Source of the DNA: Rhina ancylostomus
Taxonomy: Eukaryota
Direction: 5' to 3'
DNA length: 64,000 nucleotides
NCBI GenBank assembly: GCA_030265395.1
Contig: JARFYF010000112.1
Span: forward strand, 58,499,142-58,563,141
The position numbers and the translations under genes were made by a program. Positions 25,171 to 38,780 of this stretch are shown in pieces (positions within the stretch are counted from its first letter, which is position 1; every line of letters starts with the position of its first letter). Under the pieces are notes generated by a model. That model was not told the DNA's origin, ran no database searches, and was given only the letters and a program-made list of their open reading frames with translations.

Positions 25171-25182
25171 TTGTACATTTTC

Positions 25183-25478
25183 AGAGAGTGGTAGAGGGAT
25201 AAAACCCTGAGCTCATCAATTCCATGCTAACCATTTACATTTATCCTATATTAAACCCATTTTTTAATTCTCTTTACAGTCTCATCAATTCTCCCCAGAT
25301 TCTACCATTCACCTACATAGTAGGGGCAACTTACAGTGGCCCATTAATCTACCAACCCGCGCAGCTTTGGGATGTGGCACTTGGAGAAAACCAGCATGGT
25401 TATAAGGTGAACAAGCAAACTTCATGCAGACAGCACAGAAGGTCAGGGCATTGCGAGGCTGTGCCAATGTGACACCCA
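25183..25478 (-). mobile_element. HE1-type V-SINE
   Basis: aggggcaacttacagtggcccattaatctaccaaccc..ctttgggatgtgg; agacagcacagaaggtcagg. Confidence 0.75.
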
Positions 25479-25865
25479 TAGGATTAAGTGGCCAGTGCTG
25501 ACAATGATCTGCTTTGGAGATTATGGGAAGATACTGGATTCGCTCAAGACTGGCCCCATACCATTGATCACTGCTGAAATCCTTTAGGATTAAAAATCTA
25601 AAGGAATCTTGTGTCCATAAGTTGATTCACTGGATATGCCTCCTGACCACACGGACCTGCACCCATTGTGCCAGGACTGTGACGTTGACTCGGCCATCTC
25701 CCATAATAAGAGCAAAGAGCTTCCCTGGCAGTCTCATAATCTGTTCCTCCTGACCATTGAGGGTTTTCTAATGTTGCCCCCTCCAGAACTCTTTGTAGGC
25801 ATTGCTTAATTATCTCAGAATAAATTAGATAATTGAGATTCTGTCCACTAAATTGCATCATAACG

Positions 25866-27215
25866 TTATAGAGTCACACAGCACGGAAACAGGCCCTTCA
25901 GCCCGAATCATCCATGCCGACTGTGTTGCCCACTCCCTGGGAAAAAGACTATCTGCTTTCACCCTGTCAATGCCTTTCAGGATCTTGTATACCTCTTTCA
26001 AGTCACCACCCAATGTCCTATGTTTCAGGGAATAAAGTTCTGGTCTATGCAACATCTCCTTGTAATTCATGCCCCCAAGTCCAGACAACATCCTGGTATA
26101 TTTTTTCTGCACTCTTTCTAGTTTAATAACGTCTTTCTTTATAACAGGGTGACTGTACACAATATTCCAGGTGCGGCTTCACCAACGTCTTATACAACTG
26201 CAACATAACTTCCCAACCCCTGAACTCAGTGCCCCGATGAAGGCAAGGGTGCCAAATGCCTTCTTCACCACCCTATCTACCTGTGGCACTGCTTTCAGTG
26301 AACGACTCACTTGCACTCCTGGGTCCCTCTGTTCCATAATATTCCCCAGGGCCCTACCATTCGCTACATTTGTCCTACCCTGGTTTGATCTCCCAGAATG
26401 CAGTACCTCACTGAATTGAAAGCCATTTGCCAATCCTCAGCCCACATACCCAGCTGATCAAGGTACTCCTGGAATTCTTCATAACTTCCTACACTGCCTA
26501 CAGCACCACCTATTTTTGCATCATTCTCAAACTTACTGACCTTGCCTTGTGCATGCATATCCAAATTGTTAACATAAATTACAAACAACAAAGGTCCTAG
26601 CACCGAACCCTGTGGCACACCATTAGACACAGGCCTCCAGTCTGAGAAATAACCCTCAACCATCACCCTCTGCTTCCTACCACTGAGCCAATTATGAATC
26701 TAATTCGCTATCTCCCCCTGGNNNNNNNNNNNNNNNNNNNNNNNNNNNNNNNNNNNNNNNNNNNNNNNNNNNNNNNNNNNNNNNNNNNNNNNNNNNNNNN
26801 NNNNNNNNNNNNNNNNNNNNNCTGTCTCCCCCTGCGATCCAACTCTCCAGACTACCCTGCCATGAGGGACCTTGTCAAAGGCCTTGCTAAAGTTCATACA
26901 GGCAACATCCACTGCCCTACCCTCACCTACCCTTTTAGTTACCTTCTTGAAGAACTCTAAGCGATTTGTCACACAAACTTCCCACACACTAAGCTGTGCT
27001 GACTGTCCTGAATCAAACCCTGTCTCTCCAAATGTTGGTAGATCTTGTCCCTCAGAATCCCCTCCNNNNNNNNNNTCACTGATGTCAGACTCACTGGCCT
27101 GTAGTTTCCTGGCTTGTTTTTGCAACTCATTTTAAACAATGATACCACATTAGCCACTGTCCTGTTCTCCCAGACCTCACCTGTGGCCAGAGATGAAGCA
27201 AAATTGTCAAAAATC
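25866..27215 (-). mobile_element. CR1 LINE ORF2 RT (frameshifted, internal deletion near the 3' end)
   Basis: PGNYRPVSLTSV, FSKAFDKVPH, GVPQGSVLGPLLFVIYVNNLD, KLERVQKK; tail atagagtcacacagcacggaaacaggccc. Confidence 0.95.
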
Positions 27216-28649
27216 ATGTTAGAAACCTATTAAAGGAAAAGGAGTTTGAAGAGTCAAATACACTGCAAACTCTTGAGCTAGTTGTTGCCTCTTATCCAAG
27301 GTACAGCATTAACACTTGATTGTATACTTCTTAAGTTTAGATAACAAGTGTCTGCTGAAGTCTTTGCCTGCCCAATGAAGTTATTGGAATTATGTATCAC
27401 GGATGGAAAATGATTGGCAGTTCCAACTCTTCCCATATTTTGTAATGTCCCTTTTTTTAATGACCTCTGCGAGATCCTCAGTAGGCAACATCCTTAACAA
27501 GCATAATGGAACTATATACGAACGCCCAAAAATGGCAGAAACTATCCTTAATTATTGATCCCCAGCCAGTTTCTGCAGAGTTCACTTATAAAATGCAGCA
27601 CCTTCATTGTTTTATCTGGCATCTGTTCTAGAGATTCACAAAGGATGTTTAAAGTAGTTTATTATACAAATTATTATAGATTTGGCTTCAGGGAGTATCT
27701 GTAGACATAATGATTAATATAACTAAACCTGACATCTTGGATTCATACCATTTTGAAACAAATATATTTATTTTACTGATATTTAGAACTATTATCCTAC
27801 AGTAGATGCAGTTAATTCCAAGTCCTTATCAAGTTATTAAAATGTTTCTCTTGACCTTGCAGTTCCTGGATTCAACTCTTCTAACACTTAAGATTGGTGT
27901 CATTGCCAATAAATTAAGATCATGCAAAGTTTAATAATTTCTCTTGCATGCTAGGTATCTGTGTCTGATGAATTATGGTGTAAAATTAGCAATTTATATT
28001 CTGATTTTGTTGCTTTGTTGATTTTCAACCTTTGAGAATGGCAAGAATGATTTAACAAAAAGCATTTGGAGAACAATTGGTGACAATATTCATTGCATGA
28101 TTAGAATGAAGTATGAGGAAGCACAGAGTTCTGAACTTCTAGGAATGTATTTCTGTGACATGTTCACATCCACATCTAGTACCTTTTGATTATTCGACTT
28201 TTAGAGTTTCACAAGTAACCATATTCAGATGCAAATGTTCACAGCTCTTGGAAAATACACCATGAAGTTAAAACATCTCCAAAGTTGACCGCAAACTGTC
28301 TTTCTCCCAATAAGTTAAATACAATATGGTTAATTGCTGGTGAGTTCCCAAGGGTGTAAATGCCCCATATCTTTGTAAGGTTTTAATGTTTCCCCTTCTT
28401 TATTCTTGTTTGTTTTTGTCGTCAGATTTAAATCAGTTAACATAATGGTTCTTTTTAATGCATTCAAATATTGGCAAAATATAACAATCACAATTTAGCA
28501 GTTAAAATATGTGCAGATTTGTGTAAGAAGTCATTTTATTCAGTCACTAGAAGATGTTGATAATATTAGTTTATAACATTGGTTCCCACGTGGTTTCTGT
28601 ATGCAGGTTATTANNNNNNNNNNNNNNNNNNNNNNNNNNNNTGAATACA

Positions 28650-31600
28650 TGTAAACAACATATTGACAAAGAAGTCCATTGTTAATAACAAAAATCTGAA
28701 TCTAACATTGCTTTAATTTGAATTACAAGCTACTTTGTAGTTATCTCGCTCATTGTGAATGGCAATAGATAGTAAAAATTAACTTTGACATGTAACATCC
28801 TTCTCCAGATCGATTTCAGCAGAAGACAAAGACATTTCTGGTTCCAGTAAATCCTCACCTGTTTGAATTGATGGCTTTTGACATGCGATGTCTGAAGTTA
28901 ACTTAATGATATGATGTCACATGACTGTTATCTAGAAGAACCACAAATAAAAATGATCCAATTAAGTCAATAATAAATGCTGATAACTAGATTCCTCCTG
29001 TAATATCTTACACGGATACAGCTCATTTATTTCAAGTTTGTAATCACAAGGTCTGCCATTGTGTTTTTTTTCTGTTTTGCTTGCTTTGAATACACAGTGA
29101 CATTTAGCTCTGGCTTCACCGAATCTAAGCATAACTTGACATGTCTTTCCATCAGTAACTCAGAAGTTGTCTGTCCTGTAGTTGCGTGTGGTGTATTCTT
29201 GTAACAAAATGAGGTGTGTACAACTTTTGCCTCGGCTTTACCTACTGTCATCTTTTTCAGTCCATTATTCACACTATAAATTGTTCTTTCTGCCAGATCA
29301 AAGCTGGGTGGTATGGAGCTCTGCATTCACATTTGACTCCATTCCTATTGAAACATTTGGCAGAATCAGCACAGGTGAAATTGCTTCCATTGTCCCTCAC
29401 CAGTGATTGTGGTAAACCACTTTTAGTGAAGATTATTCTCAACTTTGACATTGCCATTTGAGATATATCATAGGAAACTTAGTACCTACTACTTCTATCT
29501 ACTTACAGTTGTTTCTGCTACAATCATGACTGTCCATCCTATAAATGGACCAGTAAATTCCATAGGTAACTTCAGTGAAGTTTTATTTGGTCAGGTCCAG
29601 GCTGTAAGGAGAATTAGCAATGATTTCTTGTGTTGTTCTTTGCATTGTTGACATTCCTTCGCAATGCCCTGCAAATGCCTTTCTAATCCAGCCCCCGGGA
29701 AAGAAAACTTCTGAAGACTTTTTCATAGGAGATGTTCTTCAGGCAACTGTTTCAAAATAGCTGCACTGCCTTGTGGTGGAACTCCTTGAAACCATACCAT
29801 TCTGGAGGCTTAACCCATTACTTTTTCTGTTATGTTATAACAAATGTAATCTTCATACTTTTTTTTGAGCTGGATATGTTGTAGAGCTCCAAGGGGATAG
29901 AATCAGGTCTCATCACAGTGACCATCTGAGGAATATTGGTGTCTGGCCTAGAGATGCACCAACTGGCAGTTGACACAAAGCTTCTATGTTTTGATTGTGC
30001 TGTCCACTCTTGTACTCTTGTTGTCACACATGGTCACTTTCTAGCTGAGGCCATCTAAGGATACTGCTAAAGTCAACAAAAATATCTTTCAAAGGCTTGT
30101 AGTCTGTAAAGATCATAAAGTTTCACATTCAAGTACTGTGGAACTTCAACAATTCATAGACAAAAGCAACACTTTTTTATCTAGTTGCAAGTAACATTGC
30201 CATGGGTTGTGAAAGGATCTCATCTCCATGCTCCATGGAGTGTGACAATACTANNNNNNNNNNCTGTGGGGGGGGGGGGGAGAGAAAAAACAGCTTTGAC
30301 TCTTGGAACCCAACTTCCACTTTTTCATGTGATTCAGTAACTTGTGTAATGGTTTCAAATCTACATAGATGTATCCTACACAGTTTTAACCTTACTCTTA
30401 ACTGGATGGACTCCTTCAGCATCAGATAGACTGCTTCTGAGGCAGCAAGGATGCATTTGTCTTTTTTCCAATGTCCTCTTGCTTCTTGGAATCATTGAAG
30501 TATGCCTCATAAACTGTCCTTGTGTTCCTGTCTATCTTTCCTGAAAGACCATGGATCAAGCCATTTTTTGTTCCCTGGGAAAATGCCCAAGGCTTGTTCT
30601 GTCTCTGATGGAAGTCTCTTGTAATAGAGCTATCCAAGGTGAATATTAATCTTTGAGTAGTCTTTTGAGCCAACATCCAACTCAGTCTGCTGGTAGTCAT
30701 ATGATATGAACAGTTATGAAGATCTGTCATCCTCCTATAAGNNNNNNNNNNTAAGACCAAAAGAAATCATAAATCAGAGATAAAGAGTATCAGAGTTGGG
30801 AGAATCAGAGTTAGGAGTATCATAAATCAGAGTTAAGGAGTAGACAGAGGTCTACCTCTGCTTTATTTCTCATCTTATAATCTCCACACAGCCTAATGGT
30901 GCCATCTGTCTTCAACACAGGAACAATTGGAGCAGCCCTACTTCAGGTTAACCTAGGCTTGCATACCTTGAATGCTTCCAAGTTAATCATGAAATATCCA
31001 CAATACTTGTCAAATACAGCAGACACAAACATTTTCTTCCTGCTCTTCATCTCTCCCCAATCTAATTTTATACTGAACAGCTATCAAATTGGACCCTTTC
31101 CCTAGGTTAATTAGAAAAGGCAGTGTTCCTTCAATTTTATCACTTTACATCATAATTTTCACACACCACTTTCACCTTGATTCGTTGTGCTGTGAAGGTA
31201 TGAAAGAAAACAGATAACTTGTGAGCTCTACTCTACCATCTGGCCAATGCTGACTGAATTCCTGTACACACAACACTAATGAAGCTATACTAATGTCAAT
31301 TTCTATTGATACTCATTTTCTCTTTTGTATTTTGAACCTATACAGAAAGCTTCAGTGTTCTTTTGCTTTTGAGTCTGTATCACCTGTTGAAGTCTGCATG
31401 GTCTGTATCCTGTTTTGTATGATAGTCTTTATTATTCTTCCCACTGCTTAGTGACTTATGAACAATATGTCATAGTCTTGCTTTGCTTTGAACCAATTAT
31501 TGCAGATATGCCTTGATGCCACTATTATAGCAAACAGATTCTTTGTCTCTGCACTGACAAGCCTAATGTTGTGTGCTGCCACAATGACACCATCTCCCCC

Positions 31601-32440
31601 TCAGTTTGTCCTTCCTTATCCCTGAAGATGCAGGACTGGTAGGTTCCAGCTGGTTACTACTCTGAACCTTAAATGAGTGATGTCAAAAGTTGTGTTTTTG
31701 CCTCACAGCCATCCCCTTTGCTTGAATAATATCAAAAGTTTGCTTGAAATTTAGCTTTTGTTTTCCTTTGAGTGCACACATCTTCAATTCCACAAGCCTT
31801 CAACATTCTTTTCCGCAGTACATCTCAAATCTGGAATAACAACAGTTCCACGTGTATGTTGACCTTGACTGTTAAACTTGTAACATTGAACTGTAGAATT
31901 GGGGGGCTGAGATGTTCAAGTTGGTCAGCTAATATAACCAATTCTTCAATTATCTTGTCTCCTGGAGCCAGCAGGTTATTAATCAATTTGTATATTTAAG
32001 CATTTACAGATAAGAGAAAAATAGATAAGTTCTTCCCTTCTGCAATGTTACTTGTAGCAGAATGTGTTCCGTGTTTTCTGCATATTAAATCCAAGACTTG
32101 ATTGGATTATGAAAAGAATCTGAAGTATCATTTGTTTCCAATTTGACTTTGTATGCCATTACACAACTGATACAAGAATGAAAGGGTACATAAAGGAAAG
32201 TCAGCCTGGGGTTCTCTGTAAACCATGCTACACAACACCTCCAGAGAAGAATCTCACAACAGGTAAGAAACGCAGACTTCTAACACTATCTTCATTAGTT
32301 GTTGTTCAACTTCATCATCAATAAGCATAATTACACTGCTGAATGCATTCAAACAGAAAAAGAAAAAGCAATCAATTCAGCAATTAAAACATGGTAATTT
32401 TGTTTGTGTACATCCACTGGAGGGCAATAGGACCATAGCA
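28650..32440 (-). mobile_element. Near full-length decayed Gypsy LTR retrotransposon
   Basis: Gag at about 32090-31650 (YKLINNLLAP, VQCYKFNS, CGIED); RNase H-like relics at 29900-30400; integrase GLPQSLVRDNGSNFT..APYHP and LAERT..YKNTPHATTG..ELLM. Candidate PPT ggagaagga at 28798-28806 and ca|tgg PBS-like junction near 32225. Confidence 0.75.
30766..30842. repeat. Short degenerate tandem repeat (atcagagtt core)
   Basis: atcagag recurs four times; atcataaatcagag twice. Confidence 0.7.
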
Positions 32441-32441
32441 C

Positions 32442-32646
32442 ATTTTTTTTAAATTTAAAGTTTTAAAAATTGTTATTTACAGTGTGGTAACAGACCCTTC
32501 CGGCCCAACGAGTCCACACTGCCCATTTTAAATCCCAAATCAACCTACCTGTACGTCTTTGGAAAGTGGGAGGAAACCGGAGCACCCAGAGGAAACCCAT
32601 CCAGACACGGGAGAACGTACAAACTCCTTACAGGCAGCGGTGGGAC
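32442..32646 (-). mobile_element. Young HE1-type V-SINE, 5'-truncated
   Basis: gtacgtctttggaaagtgggaggaaaccggagcacccagaggaaaccca; CpGs retained. Confidence 0.85.
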
Positions 32647-33239
32647 ATGTTGCCACAAGTTTCCTAAAATCTACAGGTTATTACATTGACACTGCCAAGA
32701 CCATAAGTTTATTTTACTTCAGGATTCGTAACAAAAAATTATATAAATCACTTGACCTGCAGAAATTTAATGACATATGATCCAAAGCTACAAGCAATCA
32801 GGAAACTCTACATCATTGTGCACCTTGCACATTTTATATAATTCACAAGGATTAAATATGGTAAGACTTCCAAGTATATACAGTATGTCAGCGTCATCAT
32901 ATCAAAATGTAAGGCGATCAATACTCATTGTTCTTGTTGCTGCTGCAGTCTATAATACTCTGAATGTTACCTGGAAGGAAGAATGTTTTGTGCACCAGGC
33001 TGTAATAAGAAAGCATTTTGCATTGCTCAGCCCATTCTGGGCTACTGTAAATGTCATTAAACTCTGCGTGATTTTGTGTGGTTTTGCAATAGATTATACA
33101 AGATATATGTGGAGAAACATATCCATTTACCCATTCATCGTGAAGTAGAAATCTCTCACCACTCCCACTCAACTCATTGTGCAAATTTTTGAGCTCACTT
33201 ATCTAACACCTTCTAATCCAGTCTTTCCAATGTTCAGAT

Positions 33240-33668
33240 CAATGCTGGGCCTCATCTACTATACCTCTCCTGTAGCTACCTCCGATTCTTCAACATCATG
33301 TTGCTCCTCCATGGTTGGCCTCTAATGCTGATTAATCACAGGACTTAATCATTGCACCACTGACGTCTGCTCTTAATCCTTTAACTTTGGAATTCCTTCT
33401 GTAGATCCTCCATTCTCTATTTCTCTCCCTTTTCAGCTTCTTAAAATTCACATCTTGAATCAAGTTTGGCCACTTGCCCATGTGGCTCAATTTCAGATTT
33501 TCAGATTTCCGATCTCAGTCTGGCTCATTTTCAGATTTTATTTGAGAATGCCCTTGTGAAGTGGCTTTTATGTTCAGAGTTGCTTTAGTGCCAACACTGG
33601 AAGAGCAAAGTGATCTTGAAGAATAGTTTATATTACATTAAAGATGCTATATAAATGCATATGGTTGT
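33240..33668 (+). mobile_element. L2 LINE 3' end
   Basis: tggaattcctt..cttcttaaaa..cttgtgaagtg..tattacattaaagatgctatataaatgca. Confidence 0.65.
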
Positions 33669-34499
33669 GGAGACAAATCAATGTATAACCTACATCTCAA
33701 TTACTGAGAAGTACTTCAATGGAGTGAGCCGTCTGTCAAGACTGCACATTCCAAAAATGCTCTCAGTTAATAGACAGAAGCAATTTTCGGGAACAATTGC
33801 TTCAGTTGACATGATTAGTGACCAATGAAAGAGAACACATTTCTACTGTCAATGCAAAAAAAAAGAATGATTTTAACCCCTCTCCCCACATATTGGTTAC
33901 TTTAGACTGATATTTTTTCCACTTTGTTCCAAGAAGAAAATGTTGTAATATTAAAACTGGATAATTTTAACATTTTTATTTTCTGCTTTCCACAGTAGTT
34001 TTTGCTTTAGCACCAATTAAGCAACTATTTCTAAAGTAGGCCATTTCCTAATAGGTTTCTCACTTGTGAACTTCAAACAACAATTGATAACTGAGTAATC
34101 ATTTGTATTGTCTGGTATGCCCAGAAGGTTACTTGCATGCTGATTGAGAAGAAACAAGTCGACTCATGTTAAAATAATTGTCTTAGTGAATTACAGCAAT
34201 ACACAATCTTTCTGTACAGAATACTGCTTTGGGAGACAATGTCACTGTCTGATTATTCTTTCTGGTGGAAGTCTGGTTATATGGGAGCATTGAAATCATA
34301 ATTACTCTCAGCTTAGGAGGTGCACTGCTTTAGATTTAGATTGAATGTTAGTAATTTCTATAACTGAGAGAAGAATGGTGCTGACGGCGAAATTGTTGAG
34401 ATTGCCAGTGCAATCGTGATCAACTTGTTTATGATTGATCAACCTGGACAACAACGATTTGTTTTTGTTGCTTTGTAATATATTATGAAATAAAAGTTG

Positions 34500-34770
34500 A
34501 GATCAATCTACTTGTAGAGATTAAAGGGCAGCTGATTGAATACTTAGTCAAGGAGGTTGGTTGTGAGGCACAACTGAAAGAAGATGAAAGTTTAGGAAAG
34601 GAGTTCCAGACCTCAGAGGGTTGGGAGCTGAAAGTATGGCCAACAGTGGTGGAATGATTAAATTCTGGCTGCTCAAGAAACCATAATTGGAGAAATGCAA
34701 AGATCTTGTATGGGTGGAAGAAATTACAGAGTCGGAGATGATTTACTGATCTACATGTTAAGATTAGCCT
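34500..34770 (-). mobile_element. L2 LINE fragment
   Basis: tttaggaaaggagttccaga..agctgaaagtatggccaacagtggtggaatgattaaa; minus ORF contains WNSFP. Confidence 0.6.
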
Positions 34771-35844
34771 AGATTTTGCAGAACTGTTGGCATTTATCAT
34801 CACCGCACTGCATAAGTGAAGACAATTTTGGAATTTACATGCATGTGTATGTGAATGCAGGAATTCTGAAGTTACCTCCAGCCATTTGCCATTAGGAAAT
34901 AGACTTAACTCTTACACTGGAGTTGATACCATTTCCATAAAATCAAGGAACCTGCATCGTCTGGAGTAGGCGCATGCAATATTTCCCCATTGATTTAAAT
35001 GGTTGTGAGGACTAAGTTCAGTATCATTTAATTTATTTCTTTTAATGTTTGTTTTCAAATATTTCAGTATTTTAGGGTGTCAAAAAATGTTCAGACAGAG
35101 GAATTATCATCTACTTTTAATTTTTTGGCAAGATATTTTTTAAAGGTCTTTGATTCAGGATATTTCTGAAACACTCAACATTTATTAATGTTGATCCTTC
35201 AGACACTTCACATAACCCCACCCTATCTAGATTAATTTCTGAGTCCATAAGATTCAAGTCTGCAGTCCTCAACAATCCAGTTGTCCAACATTTAGAACAT
35301 CCACTGTACCAATGGTCCCAAGGCTCCTGCAACCATCCAAGGCAAGGTTCTCAACTGAATAATCCCCCACACGAAGTCCCCAAACTCTTCCCATAATATT
35401 GGCCAGTTACCTTCCTCAGTGACCTGGTCATTAACCTACTGGCTGACAGCCCTACTCATGATGCTACCCTTCCATTACACAAAAGTACAATTCTCATTGC
35501 TAATTGCGACTGGCAGGAGGACCACCACCAACACAGTCATTAACTCCCTGCTGAAATGGCAGTATTTCTCAGCCTCTGACTCTGACAATTCAAGATAAGT
35601 CTCAGGACGTGCCTTAGCCTGCTGTCAGGTTTTCCTTGCTTCCTTTTGTTTGCTGGGTTCATCAGGCCATGCTACATGAGGCTTCCTTTACAACAGTAAA
35701 CTCTTTAATGTACAGGATCTTGCTGCATAAAACCCTGCCAGTTTTTCCATTGAGATTTACTCCAGTTATATTAACATAATGGGTCATGAGAGCAATCAGA
35801 TTTCTGCTCTCACAACCCATATTGCCCCAATATCTGTTATAAAC

Positions 35845-36550
35845 TTCTGGAACTGAGTCAGTCAGGCAGACTCTGTGGAGAAAGAACCAAAAGTTAACTT
35901 GTTGGGTCAGTGGTCTTTCTTCAGAACAGCTTTAGCATTTTCTGCTTAATTTCATATTGTCAGATAATGTGAAGGTAAATCCAAAGGATTTCTACAGGTA
36001 TATTAAGAGCAAAAGGATAGTAAGGAACAGAACTGGTCCCCTAGAAGATCAGAGTGGTCGTATATGTGTGGAGCCTCAGGAGATGGGGGAGGTCTTAAAC
36101 AGGTCTTTTGCATCAGTATTTACTCAGGAAACTGGCATCATGGATATGGAAGGAAGGGAAACAAGCACTAGTGTCATGGAACNNNNNNNNNNNNNNNNNN
36201 NNNNNNNNNNNNNNNNNNNNNNNNNNNNNNNNNNNNNNNNNNNNNNNNNNNNNNNNNNNNNNNNNNNNNNNNNNNNNNNNNNGGGGAACATTAGGGGGAA
36301 CTTCTTCACTCAGAGAGTGGTGGGAGTGTGGAACGGGCTGCCATCTGATGTAGTCAATGCGGGCTCACTCTTAACTTTTAAGAGTAAATTGGATAGATAC
36401 ATGGACGAGAGCAGTCTGGAGGGTTATGGGCTGGGTGCTGGTAAATGGGACTAGCAGAATAATGTTTCGGCACAGACTAGAAGGGCTGAATGACCTGTTT
36501 TCTTTGCTGTAGTTTTCTATGGTTCTATGTGTCTGCAGTATTTTGTTTTC
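35845..36550. mobile_element. Penelope terminal-repeat element split by a CR1
   Basis: gtcaggcagactctgtggag..agcattttctgcttaatttcatatt (to about 35957) resumes as tctgcagtattttg after 36530. Confidence 0.55.
35958..36530 (+). mobile_element. Young CR1 LINE (middle hidden in gap)
   Basis: KVNPKDFYRYIKSKR..GPLEDQSG..MGEVLNRSFASVFT before the gap; RGNFFTQRVVGVWNGLP..FKSKLDRYM after it; ttctatggttctatg tail. Confidence 0.92.
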
Positions 36551-38464
36551 CAATATCTGTTTTATTAGCATGAAGAGGATACTTTAATTTAAGCATCATA
36601 TTAAATTAACAGGTTGCAAGGTAATTGCATGAGGCAAAAAGGAATAAAGTTGCATGAAATGAAGTCAGGAAGTGTGTGAGATCAACACTACAGGAACCCA
36701 TCAGACCAAGTAGCCTATTTCAATGCCGCAAAGTTGTTTGTAATTTTAGATCATATTGGTGACTGACAACATTCAAGAATCATTTTAAGAAACACTAGAT
36801 TATAATTTTTATGTTCATCAAATCGTGTGTAATCATGTCAAAGTTTTAATTCATATACAGTATAAATGATCTTTTAATTGTCTGTTACTGAAATTAGTTT
36901 TATGAGGATAAAGTGAGTACCATTAAAGACTCTTGGTTTATATCTCAAACTGAGTAAAGCGGAAATGTTTAAAATAAATTAGGCATTGAGTTTACAAGCA
37001 AGAGGGGAGAGGTTCCTTCTGTGAGTAGATAAGATGTTCATTGTAACCGAAGCTAACAAGGAGCGAAGCTCAACATGTACAATCAATACATTCTAGGTTT
37101 GCCAGTGATGTTCAGATCCCAACAATTAGTTCAAATACAACATGTAGCCAAAGTTCCTTCTACATACAGGAAAAGATTGGAGTGGTCGATGGATCCTCCA
37201 TGAAAGTGGAGGCAAGGGAAGTGGGGAATGAAATAACAAATAGGCAAGTGAAAATTGAGCAAAAATTTTAAAAGTGGCAATTTACTTTTGAAGTGACTAT
37301 CTTTTATCCATTGCTGGGCAGGTTAAAGGAGTAGAATGTATTCCACTCAGCAATAAAACATGGTAATGCATTTATGTTAAATTGTTCATTAGTTTTTATA
37401 CTAGCCCAAGAGAAAAAATAATGGAATGTGGATGATTTGAAACCATTTCAAAAAAGAGATATTTTTAATTTTGTTTGGAAGGATTTCAGGCAGCATTGCC
37501 TCCATGATATATACCTGACACCCTCCTGAGAAAGATGAGACCTCTTGAGACCAAGCTTTTTGTACATGAGGCCAATAAGCTGAAATCCTTGTTCCATCCT
37601 CATGGGCTGATCCCCAGTTTGAGTTTGGCTTTGTCTGGATTTCTGGTGTCTCAGAATTGGGCCGGAGCCAAAACTTAACCCTGGAGGTTTGGAGGTGATA
37701 AGGGGGAGGGGGTAACAGATGGTCCAGCAGTGTGCTGTAAGGTTATTTGTTATTGGGATGGCAGAAAAGAGAATTACTGTTTCTCCTTGGCCTAGAAAAA
37801 TAAAACAAAACTGCGTGTTTCCTTGCATTAAGCTTTTTAAAGACATCTGAAAGTTCATCCAAAAGTTGATGTTAATGGATGGAGAATGCCTGGTCTCTCT
37901 TTTAGTGTTCCCTTGGAAAGTGGAGCACAACATACAATTTACTAGTTGCGTGCAACTGGCCAGATTTTTCTTTTAGTTGTGATCCCTAGGCGCAGATGTT
38001 TGTCACCTTCACACTAACCTGGGTCTTTCACAGACCAACACCTAATCTGCTCAATGCAATAAACCTCCCTGCTGGCTTCCACTTGGAAAGTCAAACCTCA
38101 CCTATTAATGGCTGAGTCAGAGCATGTATACCCAGCAGCCCACCTGTGGTCCCTGGAGGAGTTCAAGAACAGGTGAATTCTGAATTAATCTATGGTGGCA
38201 TTAATTGATCCGATGCTCAATAGGTTGGTGTCGGGCAGTGCAAAAAATGATATTTATTGTACAAAATTGAAGCAACTTTCTGAATGGTAAGTCGAGCAGT
38301 AACATTTTCTTCAGATGGCAGTGCATTTGTCAACTCTACTTTCTCAGAGTTGTTGGGGGTAGAATTCAGGTTATGGGAATGGGCTCTCAAAAGGAGATTC
38401 ACGCCTACCTGCCAAGCAGCTGTCAAAATAAGTGAGATTAATTTATTTTGAAAGAAATGAAGAT

Positions 38465-38780
38465 ATATCTAGTGACTTCCATGTCCTTTACAGTTCATCA
38501 CAAATTGCTTTAGAGCAATGAAATATATTTGAAATGTAGTCAGTTATAAGTCAGAACATAGCAGACAATTCGCAATCAGCAGCACTATTAATGACCAGAT
38601 TCCGTTGGTTGAGGGATAAATTCTGGCCAGAAAAAAAATCTTCCTCAAAATAATGCCCTAGGATCTTATCATTCCACTTGCAAGAGCTGATCAGTCGCTG
38701 TTCTAGCATTTCAACTCATCCAACTACCTACAACCTTTGTCTCAGAGATAAGGGTCCTACCAGCTAAGCCAAAGCTGATT
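38465..38780 (-). mobile_element. DeuSINE, decayed
   Basis: tttgaaatgtagtca, aatgaccagat..gttggttgagggataaattctggccag, aataatgccctaggatctt. Confidence 0.7.

Noticed and set aside
33777-33803. 9-bp stem hairpin gaagcaatt/aattgcttc
   Set aside because: Short enough to occur by chance in 64 kb; no supporting context.
37448-37933. 161-aa minus-strand ORF
   Set aside because: No family recognised with confidence; at most a faint LIFLQE-like endonuclease scrap of an old LINE in another frame.
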